Origin: an uncultured Candidatus Saccharibacteria bacterium
GTDB lineage: Bacteria > Patescibacteriota > Minisyncoccia > Phycocordibacterales > Phycocordibacteraceae
Length of the DNA: 64,000 bases
Direction of reading: 5' to 3'
Assembly: GCA_964593365.1 (NCBI GenBank)
Contig: CAZQGQ010000002.1
Location: 21,671-85,670, forward strand
The notes under the pieces were generated by a model. It was not told the origin of the DNA and did not search any database. It saw only the letters and a list, made by a program, of their open reading frames with translations. Shown in pieces: positions 36,798-46,611 of this stretch. The position numbers and the translations under genes are program-made. Numbering within the stretch: position 1 is the stretch's first letter; every line of letters begins with the position of its first letter.

Positions 36798-38084
36798 CTA
36801 GCGCTTCTTCCACTCAAGATCCTGGCGCACCAAATGCTCTACGTCCTTCTCGTCGTGGAGAAGCGCTTCCGTGATTCGCTCAGTGCGAACTGACTGTGAT
36901 CCCTTGATAAGGACAATGTCTCCAGGCTCGATAATGTCTGGGAGCGCTGCTGCAGCCGCATGCGAGTCATCAAAGTGGAAGACGCTCTCTTCCGTCTTTC
37001 CTGCTCCCCGAGCAGCTTCTGCAAGTGAGCGGGCCCGGAACCCGACACCGACGATAACGTCAGCGGTTTCCGCTGCGATCTTCCCTATCCGCTCATGCTC
37101 GTCCATGGAATAGCGTCCAAGCTCAAGCATGTCTCCCAAAACAGCAACGCAACGAGGCGTATCACAGACAAGTGCAAGGGACCGGAGAATCTCCTCAGTT
37201 GCCGCAGGAGACGCGTTGTATGAGTCATCGATCAAGATGACGCCCTTCTTGCCGCCTAGGATCCTGGCTCGCCCTGAAGGAGGAACATAGCTTGCAAGCC
37301 CCTTGAGGGCATCCTTGGCGCTCATACCAAGCGAGAGCGCAAGAGCGAGCGCTGCTGCTGGCGCGTAGAGCTGCTGACGGCCGAGCACGCCACGAACAAT
37401 AAGCATGTGCTTGTCATTTCCTACAAAAATTTGAGCCTGCATTCCTGCAGGCCTTCCTTCTTCCATATAGACTTGCACCTCCTCAAAGCGAATGTCCGCC
37501 TTTGGTGAGGTGCCGTAGGTGGTGACGGTAGCTGGTAGCGGCTTAGCGAGCGCCTCGGCAAACGAATCATCAGCAGATACGATAAGCGGAGCCTCAGGAG
37601 GGAGCGCATACGCTGGCGCAAATTCCTCTTTACGAACGTCCCCCGGAGACGCATATGCCTCAACATGCACCGGTACTTCAGGAAGTCGCGTGACGATAAC
37701 CGCATCAGGAGTTGCAATCTTCAAAATGCGAGCGAGGTCTCCAGGGCGATCCGCACCAACTTCAAGTACTAAAAGTTTCGGATAGTGACTTTTGAAAAAA
37801 ATAAGAGCGAGTGCTTCTTCAAACACCCCAAGCCAGTTCCCTACATTGATCCACGGATTCTCTACGCCAATAATGGTGAACGGGACCCCGAACTCGCTGT
37901 TATAGCTCTTCTCGCTTGCTCGAAGGTAATACCGTTCCTTAAGCGCTGCCGCGACCGCGTCCTTGGTCGAGGTCTTCCCCACGCTTCCTGTCACCATCAC
38001 GATGGTCGGCTTGTATTTTCGAAGGATTGCCCGTGACAAGAACGCAAGGACGGATGCTATTAGGTATCTAAAAAACTCTTTCAT
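36798..38084 (-). CDS. murF: UDP-MurNAc-tripeptide--D-Ala-D-Ala ligase
   Basis: TGSVGKTSTK, DDSYNASP, LGDMLELG, KGS. Confidence 0.9.
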   Translation of the reverse strand: MKEFFRYLIASVLAFLSRAILRKYKPTIVMVTGSVGKTSTKDAVAAALKERYYLRASEKSYNSEFGVPFTIIGVENPWINVGNWLGVFEEALALIFFKSHYPKLLVLEVGADRPGDLARILKIATPDAVIVTRLPEVPVHVEAYASPGDVRKEEFAPAYALPPEAPLIVSADDSFAEALAKPLPATVTTYGTSPKADIRFEEVQVYMEEGRPAGMQAQIFVGNDKHMLIVRGVLGRQQLYAPAAALALALSLGMSAKDALKGLASYVPPSGRARILGGKKGVILIDDSYNASPAATEEILRSLALVCDTPRCVAVLGDMLELGRYSMDEHERIGKIAAETADVIVGVGFRARSLAEAARGAGKTEESVFHFDDSHAAAAALPDIIEPGDIVLIKGSQSVRTERITEALLHDEKDVEHLVRQDLEWKKR

Positions 38085-38111
38085 AACGATAAGAAATTAT
38101 ACTACCTCCTT

Positions 38112-39830
38112 CTACGGAGTGCGATCGGGTGGTAAATCGTAATAACTTATAAGGAAATGGGTCAGCTCCATAAAGGGCTCGGTCAATGTCTCGGAAGCAT
38201 AGCGCACGCCCTGAGGCTCGCGAGTGTACAAAAGGATAATGAACTTAGGATCATAGGCCGGGAAATAGCCAAAGAACGAGTGGAAGTAGCGATATGAGGA
38301 GTAGCCGCCTCCAGCGTCTGCGACCTGGGCTGTTCCTGTCTTTGCCGCAACACTCATTTCAGGGATGGTGTGCACCCCGCCAGCAAGCGCGTGATCGACC
38401 ACATGCACGAGCATGCGCGTGGTCTCTTCAACCGCTTCGGGCGAATACACACGCTCGCTTCCTCCCCACGAGAGCTCTTTGGTAACGCCATTCTCAAGTC
38501 GTATCGCTTTGACCAAGTGCGGCGTCACAAGCGATCCCTCGTTTGCAAGCGCGCCAAGCGCACGGATCATCTCAACGGGAGTCACCGCGATACCCTGACC
38601 GAAGGAAGCGGTCGCGTACTCAACATCGCGCGGACTGTCTTTGATGTTTTGTATATCACCTGAGATCTCGCTTGGAAGGTCAATGCCGGTCTCAGTTCCA
38701 AACCCGAGCTTTTCTATGTATGAGCGCATGCGCTCATGCCCGAGGCGTCCGGCGACATAGGAAGCACCGAGGTTAAGGGACTGGGAGAGCACTTCTTGAA
38801 GCGGAGTAACTCCACGAGCCTTCAAGTCATGGTTGCAGATCTTCTTGGTGTTCAAGGTGATGCAGCCCAGGTCGGTGTAGGTGGTGTCTGCATTCACAAC
38901 GCCCGCATCAATGCCTGAAGCGACAGTAAGCGCCTTAACAATCGAACCAAACTCATGACGGTGCTCGACAAGCGGATTGCCAAAATGCTCGGGATCCCCG
39001 TTTGCAACGTCATTGGGGTCATAGGACGGCACGCTCTCAAGCGCGATGATCTCTCCGGTCTTAGGGTCCATGATGATGCCGCTCGTCTCAACACTCGCGT
39101 ACCGGGCGCTCGCATCAAGCAGGATCTGTCGCAGCTTCTCTGCTACCACCGGTTCGATCGTCGTGATGAGATCCCCTTCTTTTGCATCGCGCGCATCTCC
39201 TGCAACGCTATCAAGGTTTGCGAAGAGTTCCGTGAAGAAGTTGCCGAAGAGTCCTTCGCTTCGCCTGGAGAGAACGTCTTCGTAGTAGCGCTCAAGACCG
39301 TAACGCCCTGCAAGCGAATCATCATTATCAAAGGCAACGAATCCGACTGACTGCGCAGACGAGTTTCCTGCCGGATAGCTTCGCCAGCGCTCGCGCTCAA
39401 CGATGACCCCCGGCATTTCAGCGTCAGCTATAACTTTTCCTGCGTTCTCGGGAAGGCGAACCGCGACCGCTTCGTACGGATCTCCCTTTTTGCTTGCCGC
39501 AGAGAGAAACATATCTCGATCCACAGAGGCTTGCGCTGCGATAAATGAATACGTTTGTTCAGGATCTTCTATGCGATCAGGCGCAACGGCAAGCCGGAAT
39601 CCGGTTGAAAGGCCTGCAGCAGAGATGAGCGTTCCGTCTTTGCGGGTGAAATAGATGGAGCCGCGATCATACAAAGCAGTTGAGGCGTTTGTGTACTGAC
39701 GTTCCGCTTTTAGAGAAAACTCTTCACCATGCACGACCTGTATGAAATACAGCCGTACGATAAGCAAGAGTGCAAAGAGGATGAGTGCTGCCGAGAAGAA
39801 GCGGAGCTTGAGCCGGAGCGCTGCCCGCAT
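38112..39830 (-). CDS. ftsI: Class B penicillin-binding protein FtsI
   Basis: GSIVK, S.N, KTGTAQ; dcw context. Confidence 0.88.
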   Translation of the reverse strand: MRAALRLKLRFFSAALILFALLLIVRLYFIQVVHGEEFSLKAERQYTNASTALYDRGSIYFTRKDGTLISAAGLSTGFRLAVAPDRIEDPEQTYSFIAAQASVDRDMFLSAASKKGDPYEAVAVRLPENAGKVIADAEMPGVIVERERWRSYPAGNSSAQSVGFVAFDNDDSLAGRYGLERYYEDVLSRRSEGLFGNFFTELFANLDSVAGDARDAKEGDLITTIEPVVAEKLRQILLDASARYASVETSGIIMDPKTGEIIALESVPSYDPNDVANGDPEHFGNPLVEHRHEFGSIVKALTVASGIDAGVVNADTTYTDLGCITLNTKKICNHDLKARGVTPLQEVLSQSLNLGASYVAGRLGHERMRSYIEKLGFGTETGIDLPSEISGDIQNIKDSPRDVEYATASFGQGIAVTPVEMIRALGALANEGSLVTPHLVKAIRLENGVTKELSWGGSERVYSPEAVEETTRMLVHVVDHALAGGVHTIPEMSVAAKTGTAQVADAGGGYSSYRYFHSFFGYFPAYDPKFIILLYTREPQGVRYASETLTEPFMELTHFLISYYDLPPDRTP

Positions 39831-39833
39831 ATG

Positions 39834-40121
39834 CTAGCGAGACGCCCGGGTCACGGTTGGCGTGCCATCAAGCGCTACGTATTCAACTCGCTCCGGGAGG
39901 ACCAAACCGATGCTTGCCGCATCAATCTCATTCAAGCTTGCGATTTGAGCGTAGTACTGCGTTTCGAGAGCGCCTACGCGGCTCTCAGCCTCGCGAACGG
40001 AAGCCGCAAGTTCCGTCTGGGACGCTGCAAACAAGACCGCCGTTGCCAGAAGGCCTAGGTATGCGGTAAGCGCGAGGGCGCAAGCCGCAGAGAGTGCTGG
40101 GATGAGTTTAGGCATAGGCAT
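39834..40121 (-). CDS. FtsL-like small TM/coiled-coil protein
   Basis: TM + coiled coil between rsmH and ftsI (synteny). Confidence 0.6.
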   Translation of the reverse strand: MPMPKLIPALSAACALALTAYLGLLATAVLFAASQTELAASVREAESRVGALETQYYAQIASLNEIDAASIGLVLPERVEYVALDGTPTVTRASR

Positions 40122-41049
40122 AGGTGGCAAAGTGAGTAAGTGAAGAGGTCCCGCCTTCTAAACGCTCGAAGATGCGGAGCTTAGCGGAACGAGCGCGAGG
40201 GTTCTGTGTTCGCTCAGTTATAGAAGGCTCAATTGGCTTCTTGGTGATGACGGTTCCAAAACCCCCGTGTGCCCCATCTCGGAACATTGTTTTGACGACT
40301 CGGTCCTCAAGACTATGGAACGTGATGACAGCAATGCGTCCGCCAACCGAAAGGCGCTTCATCGCGCTTTGGAGCCCTTCGCGAAGCGCGCCGAGTTCAT
40401 CATTTACGTACATGCGAAGCGCTTGGAATGTTTTGGTTGCCGGATGGATGCGGCGACCGTGATACCACTCTGGTGTGCTTGCAATGACTGCGTCAGCGAG
40501 TGCCGTTGTCGTAAGGATGCGTTCCTTGGAACGGATGCGCACGATGCCGCGTGCGATTTGGCGTGCGAAGCGTTCTTCGCCAAGCGAGTGGAGAATATCG
40601 GAGAGCGTTTCCTCAGTGGCTGAGTTAACGACATCTGCCGCGGTTTTCCCCATTTCAGGAGTTCCGTAGGTCATGAGAAGCGGTTCCTCAACGCGAAATG
40701 AAAACCCACGACCGGACGTGAGGTGATACGAGCTCCAGCCCAGATCAAAGAGCGCTCCTGAAATTGTCTCCACCTGAAGCTCATCTAATATCCGATCAAG
40801 GTCACGGAAGTTCCCGAGCACTACTTCAGCGCGCACTCCCTCGCTTGTGCCTGCGATCTCTTTCCCTCGTTCAACTGCCTCAGGATCCGCATCAATGCCG
40901 ATCAGGAGCCCCTCGTGTTCAAGCTTCTGTAGCAATGCGCCGTAGTGCCCTGCCCCGCCAATAGTGGCGTCGACAATGATGTCGCCAGGAACGACGTTCA
41001 GCCCTTCGACTGCTTCCTTCAAAAAGACGCTTTCGTGTACGGAAGTCAT
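40108..41049 (-). CDS. rsmH: 16S rRNA m4C1402 methyltransferase
   Basis: H.SV, DAT.GGAGH, DLG.SS, HPATKTFQALR, FHSLEDR, NPRARSAKLR. Confidence 0.95.
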   Translation of the reverse strand: MTSVHESVFLKEAVEGLNVVPGDIIVDATIGGAGHYGALLQKLEHEGLLIGIDADPEAVERGKEIAGTSEGVRAEVVLGNFRDLDRILDELQVETISGALFDLGWSSYHLTSGRGFSFRVEEPLLMTYGTPEMGKTAADVVNSATEETLSDILHSLGEERFARQIARGIVRIRSKERILTTTALADAVIASTPEWYHGRRIHPATKTFQALRMYVNDELGALREGLQSAMKRLSVGGRIAVITFHSLEDRVVKTMFRDGAHGGFGTVITKKPIEPSITERTQNPRARSAKLRIFERLEGGTSSLTHFATYAYA

Positions 41050-41050
41050 A

Positions 41051-41473
41051 TTAGATGGAAAGCTTCTCAGCGAACTGATCAGCATCGCGCTCGATCGACG
41101 CGGTGTACGAAGTCCAAGCGCTCTCATCCCAAATCTCAACACGATCAGACACGCCGGCGATCACACTCTTCTCTTTCAAGTTTGCAAAGGAGCGAAGATA
41201 GTCTGGAACCAAGACGCGTCCTGCAGAATCAACGTCAGCTTCAGCAGCTCCTGCGAGCATGAGGCGTGCAAGGCCGCGGCCGGCGCTTCCGCCAGTTGAA
41301 TGACCTGCTATCTTTGCTGCTTCTTTCTTCCAAGAGGCTTTCGGGTATACAAAAAGACACTTATCGAGTCCGCGCGTCACAATGACGGAGTTACCGAGTT
41401 CCTTCCGGAACTTAGCCGGAAGTGAGATGCGATTTTTCGCGTCAAACGTGTGTCGGTACTCTCCTATGAACAT
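41051..41473 (-). CDS. mraZ: Transcriptional regulator MraZ
   Basis: MFIGEY.HT.D.K.R, D..GRV, R.EIW. Confidence 0.95.
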   Translation of the reverse strand: MFIGEYRHTFDAKNRISLPAKFRKELGNSVIVTRGLDKCLFVYPKASWKKEAAKIAGHSTGGSAGRGLARLMLAGAAEADVDSAGRVLVPDYLRSFANLKEKSVIAGVSDRVEIWDESAWTSYTASIERDADQFAEKLSI

Positions 41474-41512
41474 GAAAATAATGTGAGGGGGTGAAGTGAG
41501 GCCGTGGAAACA

Positions 41513-41606
41513 CCCGCCGAAACCTTCCACTCACAAGCGTTCCACCATGACTTGGAACGGTATTGGAGTTTAAAAAACAAACTGTGGGTGGAAGGTCTCG
41601 ACGGGC
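41513..41606 (-). promoter_or_regulatory. Structured 5' leader of the mraZ operon
   Basis: 23-bp stem with two G-U pairs on the minus strand plus an inner hairpin. Confidence 0.5.
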
Positions 41607-41636
41607 GTTTGGGGATGATCTGTCTTAAAGTGATTA

Positions 41637-41695
41637 TCCCTAATCCCACTTCATCCCACTAGTAAGCAAGTATATGACACTCTCTCCCACTTCCC
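41637..41695 (-). promoter_or_regulatory. MraZ operator-like GTGGG repeats
   Basis: Minus strand GTGGG-atgaa-GTGGG-attag-GG (10-bp period) plus GGGAAGTGGG upstream; matches the known TGGG direct-repeat MraZ boxes. Confidence 0.65.
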
Positions 41696-41706
41696 TCTTT
41701 TAAGCC

Positions 41707-41715
41707 TGTGGATAA
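41707..41715 (-). promoter_or_regulatory. DnaA box
   Basis: Perfect TTATCCACA on the minus strand. Confidence 0.55.
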
Positions 41716-41768
41716 GGGAAGAAACGTTCGTTGACAGCCATATACAAGGCCGATAGGATGGTTCCTAC

Positions 41769-41864
41769 ATGACTCAAGCGATGTCCCAGGTCCTACGTAT
41801 TGTGATTCGTACCCTACTTACCAAGGTCGGGGTTTCGCTTGAGCTTTCTCCAATACGCATCTAA
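41769..41864 (+). other. Candidate leader peptide (31 aa) or rod-like leader RNA
   Basis: TTGACA-17-TAGGAT promoter; ORF MTQAMSQVLRIVIRTLLTKVGVSLELSPIRI; CTCAAGCGA/TCGCTTGAG pairing. Confidence 0.4.
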
Positions 41865-41884
41865 AAGGACAAAGAGAACACTGA

Positions 41885-41917
41885 AGCGAGCCCCCGACCG
41901 GGGGCTCGCTTGCGTTT
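41885..41917 (+). terminator. Terminator/attenuator hairpin
   Basis: AAGCGAGCCCC-CGACC-GGGGCTCGCTT then GCGTTT. Confidence 0.7.
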
Positions 41918-41987
41918 AGGCCGCAGGTTGTACCTTACAGACAAAAGACGTGCCTATCGTCTTTCAAACCCTACAAGGGGAATAATA

Positions 41988-42395
41988 ATGACGGTCTATG
42001 TAGCCCGTTCCACTGACCCGCTCTGCGTTCTGGCGCTTGAGCACTTGGCCTCTCTTGGCGCAGCAACGCGTGTTCTTGAGGACGACGAGCCGGTATCTGA
42101 GGATGCCATCTCGATTTTCCCGACAAGCGGAGCTATGCCAAGTAAGTTTTTCCGACTCGTGACGCCACACAACACGCGTCTGGGCATTGAGATTCCAGCA
42201 TGGGCTGCATCAGCTTCGCAGCACGTCGCTCTCAAGGCCTCCCGCACAGGGGAAGAACCGAACTTCAAGGCCGCCCTTTGTGACATGCACGCGCATCTCA
42301 CGGGGTGGACACCGCCTCCTACCGATAAAGCGAAAAAAGCTCCGCGCGAGCGGAGAAATCGGACGAGAGTCGGTCGGTGGATCGAATACGACTAA
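41988..42395 (+). CDS. Hypothetical protein
   Basis: AAGGGG SD before ATG; terminator downstream. Confidence 0.6.
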   Translation: MTVYVARSTDPLCVLALEHLASLGAATRVLEDDEPVSEDAISIFPTSGAMPSKFFRLVTPHNTRLGIEIPAWAASASQHVALKASRTGEEPNFKAALCDMHAHLTGWTPPPTDKAKKAPRERRNRTRVGRWIEYD

Positions 42396-42419
42396 GTCAG
42401 CCATTCCGTATTGGAATGC

Positions 42420-42450
42420 AGGCGGTCCCACTTTGTTGGGGCCGCTTTCT
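42420..42450. terminator. Terminator
   Basis: GGCGGTCCCA-CTTTGT-TGGGGCCGCT-TTCTT. Confidence 0.65.
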
Positions 42451-44348
42451 TATGCAAACAAGGGGAAGCGCTTCGTAAGCGCGTCTATCTGAGAGGAGGT
42501 TCCAAACACCAATACACCAAGCAGCTCAACATCTGCAAACTGCATAAGAGCGGTCTTCTCTGCGATCTTGCGATCGTTCGTGGTCTCAAGCATCTCCCGC
42601 GTGAATGCTCCTACCTGGAGACCTTCGGCTTTCGCCGCTAATAGAAGCGCGTGCAAATCGCTTCCCTCCTCCGTCTGTTTGAGGACAATGGCGTGCTGCA
42701 TGTTAAGCGGAATACGTTCGCCGTCAGCAGTTGCGATCGAGTCTTGTGTGAGTAGTGGTCGACCTTCGCGTATACCAAGCTCAGCAGAAAGATGTGCGAC
42801 TGTGTTTAGCACCTGCCACGGTTCGAGTCCCGTCTTGTTCACAACGGCAACGGCGACCTTCTTTTCCTTTGATGCTTTGCCTCCTCCCTCCTTGGGGCGC
42901 ATGAGCGGGAAAATTTGCGCCTCTCGTACTGATACTCCTTCAAGGAAACTGAAGAGTCGCTCAGAAAGACCGAACCCGAATGCCGGCGGCATACCGTACT
43001 CAAGCGCCTCCACATACGAGGAGTCATTCATCTGCGCCTCCTCATCCCCCTGATCTCGAAGCGATTGCTGGTGCGCGAAGCGGTCAGCCTGATCGACAGG
43101 GTCATTCAGTTCGCTAAATCCTTTGCCCATCTCTGATCCTCCGAAGATGACCTGGAAGCGCTCGACGACCTTCGGATTGTTCGGATCTTTCTTAGCGAGC
43201 GGCTCCATATATGCCGGAACGCCGATCAGGAATCCAGGACCAACTAAGCTCTTTCGTATCTGCTTCCACAGGAGATCGATTCCTCGCTCAAGGTTGAATT
43301 CTTTAGGGTCAAACTGGATGTTCTCTTTCATGAGAGTCGCCCGGACCTCATCAACTGTTGCTTCCAGAGGATGGAGGTCAAACTCCTTCTGTATGAGCGA
43401 ACCATAGTCGTACTCCTTCCAGGGGCTTGCAAAATCAACCTCTACGCCCCTAATGGTGAACCGCTCGGTGCCATACACCGCCCTCGCGATCGTGCGGTAG
43501 AGATCGGTAATCATCTCCATTCCCTTGCGGTAGTCGCTAAAGGCCTCATAAAACTCAAGCTGCGTGTAGTCTTGCAGGTGCTCCGCGGACATTCCCTCAT
43601 TACGAAAAATGCGGCCGATCTCAAACACTTTCGGTAGACCGGCGACCATAAGGCGCTTCTGCCAGAGCTCGCCTGCTGAGATGCGAAGATACACATCGAT
43701 ATCAAGCGCATTGTGATGCGTCACAAACGGTCGAGCGTCTGCTCCTCCCGTCGTCGTTTCAAGAACGGGAGTCTCTACTTCGATATAACCCTTCTCAAGC
43801 AGATAGGAGCGAATGGTATTCCAAAAGAGAGACCTGCGGCGTATGCGCTCTGCAAGATCTGTTGAGAGCAGGATGTCGAGATAGCGCTTGCGGTAGCGCT
43901 CATCCTCATCTTTGATGCCGTACCACTGATCAGGGACCGGACGAAGCGCCTTAGCAGACATACGCCACTCAGACACGAGAAGAGACTTCGTTCCTCGCTC
44001 GGTCGTAAACGCAGTACCAGAGACTTCGATGATGTCGCCAAGATCAACAAAGTCGACAAACGCGTCGTAGTGTTTCTGATCAATCGCATCCTTTTTAAGG
44101 GACGCCTGGACTTTTTCCGTCCCATCAAACAAATCAACGAACATAAGTCCGCCGTGCCCGCGCATGGACATGATGCGTCCGGCAAGCGTTGCTTGTGCAC
44201 CTGTCTTTTCAAGCTCAGCGTGTACCCCAAGAAAACCCCGGCCATCGTGGGTGCGAAGGCTCGTGGCAGGATACGGATCGATCCCCTGCTCTTGCATGCG
44301 GGAGATCTTCTTTAGTCGTTCGGCTCGCACCTCTTCTAGTAGCGCCAT
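42450..44348 (-). CDS. lysS: Class II lysyl-tRNA synthetase with a C-terminal DUF2000-like extension
   Basis: RYRKRYLD, EVETP, GGADARPF.THHN, FRNEG, EYGMPP, FP.MRP; extra ~140 aa after a GGG linker. Confidence 0.95.
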   Translation of the reverse strand: MALLEEVRAERLKKISRMQEQGIDPYPATSLRTHDGRGFLGVHAELEKTGAQATLAGRIMSMRGHGGLMFVDLFDGTEKVQASLKKDAIDQKHYDAFVDFVDLGDIIEVSGTAFTTERGTKSLLVSEWRMSAKALRPVPDQWYGIKDEDERYRKRYLDILLSTDLAERIRRRSLFWNTIRSYLLEKGYIEVETPVLETTTGGADARPFVTHHNALDIDVYLRISAGELWQKRLMVAGLPKVFEIGRIFRNEGMSAEHLQDYTQLEFYEAFSDYRKGMEMITDLYRTIARAVYGTERFTIRGVEVDFASPWKEYDYGSLIQKEFDLHPLEATVDEVRATLMKENIQFDPKEFNLERGIDLLWKQIRKSLVGPGFLIGVPAYMEPLAKKDPNNPKVVERFQVIFGGSEMGKGFSELNDPVDQADRFAHQQSLRDQGDEEAQMNDSSYVEALEYGMPPAFGFGLSERLFSFLEGVSVREAQIFPLMRPKEGGGKASKEKKVAVAVVNKTGLEPWQVLNTVAHLSAELGIREGRPLLTQDSIATADGERIPLNMQHAIVLKQTEEGSDLHALLLAAKAEGLQVGAFTREMLETTNDRKIAEKTALMQFADVELLGVLVFGTSSQIDALTKRFPLFA

Positions 44349-44390
44349 GTGCTTCCTAGTATACCCGGTCTAAACCCGCCGAGGCAGGGC

Positions 44391-44861
44391 TTATGCCACC
44401 TTCTGTACCGTATAGGTCTGCTTGCCGTTCGGGGTCTCAAATGTGAATACGTCCCCTTTCTTCTTGCCCATGAGAGCCGCTCCAAGCGGAGAGACGTGGG
44501 AGAGCTTACGGTCGCGCATGTCAGCTTCTTCGCTGCCGACAATCTTGTATTCGTGAGCGTCATCGTTCCCTTCCTTCTTAATGGTGACTGACGAACCGAA
44601 ACCAACGACGTCCTTTTTCTTGCCGTCAGTGATAATCGTTGCTCTCTTCACCAGGTCCTCGAGCTTGCGGATGCGCTCTTCGGTCGCTGCCTGTAACTCT
44701 CGTGCCTCCTGGTATTCGGCGTTCTCAGACAAATCACCTAATGAACGGGCGTATTCGAGGTTCTTAGCAATTTCTGAGCGGCGAACAGTTTTCAAATGAT
44801 CAAGCTCTTTTGCCATCTCGTCGAACTTCTCTTGGCTCACAACAGTATCCTGGTCGCTCAT
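44391..44861 (-). CDS. greA: Transcription elongation factor GreA
   Basis: GDLSENAEY, SPLG.AL.GK. Confidence 0.96.
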   Translation of the reverse strand: MSDQDTVVSQEKFDEMAKELDHLKTVRRSEIAKNLEYARSLGDLSENAEYQEARELQAATEERIRKLEDLVKRATIITDGKKKDVVGFGSSVTIKKEGNDDAHEYKIVGSEEADMRDRKLSHVSPLGAALMGKKKGDVFTFETPNGKQTYTVQKVA

Positions 44862-44910
44862 GAAAGGGTTTTATGAATGTGGGCTTATTGTACGCAGACG
44901 CACACGTACG

Positions 44911-46611
44911 TCAAATAGCGGCAACGGGCGCAAGGCCAAAATATTCGGGTGCCGTCTGTCGAAGTTCAGACAGGACTTGGTACATGACGTAGATACCGCC
45001 AACGGCATTCGTGTTTGGCCCGCGCTCCATCACAACGGCGTACGCGTATTTAGGATCGTCATACGGGAAGAAACCAACAGCCCAGGAGTTATAGAACTCG
45101 TTATTGGCTCCGATCTGCGCCGTTCCGGTTTTCCCTGCAGCCTGCACGTACGACAGAGGATTCAATCCGACCGACGTTCCTTCGGTTACGCCCAGGCGCA
45201 TGCCTTCGCGTGCAATCTGAAGACCTTCCTGGTTGATAGCGATGGTTTCGCCGCGAATCATCGAGTCTTTAATGATACTCGTTTGCAGCAGCTTCCCATT
45301 GTTTGCAACCGCAGCGATCGCACGAACGGCTTCAAGCACTGTGATCTGCATTGCGTACTGCCCGATTGCCGTGTGATACGTGTTTCCAATGCGCCACGGC
45401 TCGTCATAGGTTTCTTCCTTCCAGGCGGGAGTTGGCACGAAGCCCTCTGCTTCGTTTCCAATCTCAATACCTGTTGGCGACGTAAGACCGAATGCTTTGT
45501 ACCAGTACGCGAGTCGCTCGATCCCTAATCCGGGCTGGCCGCCAAACCCTCCGCCAACAGTATAGAAATAGACGTCTGAGGAATACGCGACTGCGCTTCG
45601 CATGTTCATCGCACCGAGCGCTTTCCAATCGCGGAAGATAGTGGGGTTTGAGGGATCATACACGTTTGGCACTGAGATCTGCCCCGTGGAGACGATGATC
45701 TTCTCGGGAGAAATGATGCCGTCGTTAAAGACGCCAGCAGCGATCATGGGCTTTACGATCGAGCCTGGCGTGTAAAGACCCGCAACTGGACGATTCAAAT
45801 ACGGCTCTCGAGGGTCGCTCAGATACGACTGAATGGTCTCAGAGGGAGAGCCGGTGGAAAGAACGTTTGAGTCAGGCTCAGGATACGAGACAAGCGCATG
45901 CAGTTCTCCGGTACGAACATCCATAAGCACCCCTGCCCCGCCACGAAATGGAATGCGGTCAGCAAGCTCAGAGATAGCGTCGTAAAACGCTTGCTGGGCT
46001 CGTGCGTCAAGCGAAAGCGCCACCGTGTCCCCATCTTTGACTGGAATCACGCTTCCCTCAGATACGATATTTCCAAGCGCGTCCTCCTCGACCAAATGCT
46101 TACCGTTTACGCCAGCAAGAACAGCATTAAATGTCTTCTCAGCGCCCGACACACCCGTAATCTCCGTCTCATAGTAATTGCCGGAGCTATCTTTCTTAGG
46201 GTACGACACATAGCCGAGTACCGTTCCAAAGCCCGGAGCTTTGTACACGCGAAGCGGGAATCCTTCTTCAACCGCTTCGTTTGACGCGAGGACGACACCA
46301 TTTCGATCGGTTATCGCGCCGCGCGCAGCGAACATGATCTCTGGACGAAGCCGGTTGCGCTCGCTCTGAGCGGCATAGGCGTCTCCTTTATAGATCTCAA
46401 GCACGCCCGCCTGAACAAACAGAATTAAAAAGAGAACGAGTACTGTGACCGAGAGACTGATGTGCGTAAACCGCGAAAGAGGCCGGACGATCTGCCCTTC
46501 AAGGCGGTCCTGGTCGAAGTCGGGCAGGTTTGATGAATCAAGAAATATCTCATCGGGCGCAAGTTCATACTCGCGCTTTCGGTGTCGTTTGCCTCTTCCA
46601 AATATCTTCAC
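44911..46611 (-). CDS. mrdA: Penicillin-binding protein 2
   Basis: PGSIVK, S.D, KTGTAQ; mre operon; GTGA overlap start. Confidence 0.88.
   Translation of the reverse strand: MKIFGRGKRHRKREYELAPDEIFLDSSNLPDFDQDRLEGQIVRPLSRFTHISLSVTVLVLFLILFVQAGVLEIYKGDAYAAQSERNRLRPEIMFAARGAITDRNGVVLASNEAVEEGFPLRVYKAPGFGTVLGYVSYPKKDSSGNYYETEITGVSGAEKTFNAVLAGVNGKHLVEEDALGNIVSEGSVIPVKDGDTVALSLDARAQQAFYDAISELADRIPFRGGAGVLMDVRTGELHALVSYPEPDSNVLSTGSPSETIQSYLSDPREPYLNRPVAGLYTPGSIVKPMIAAGVFNDGIISPEKIIVSTGQISVPNVYDPSNPTIFRDWKALGAMNMRSAVAYSSDVYFYTVGGGFGGQPGLGIERLAYWYKAFGLTSPTGIEIGNEAEGFVPTPAWKEETYDEPWRIGNTYHTAIGQYAMQITVLEAVRAIAAVANNGKLLQTSIIKDSMIRGETIAINQEGLQIAREGMRLGVTEGTSVGLNPLSYVQAAGKTGTAQIGANNEFYNSWAVGFFPYDDPKYAYAVVMERGPNTNAVGGIYVMYQVLSELRQTAPEYFGLAPVAAI

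Noticed and set aside
41707-41715. Replication origin
   Set aside because: A single DnaA box, no dnaA/dnaN or DUE cluster, and gene orientation suggests terminus proximity.
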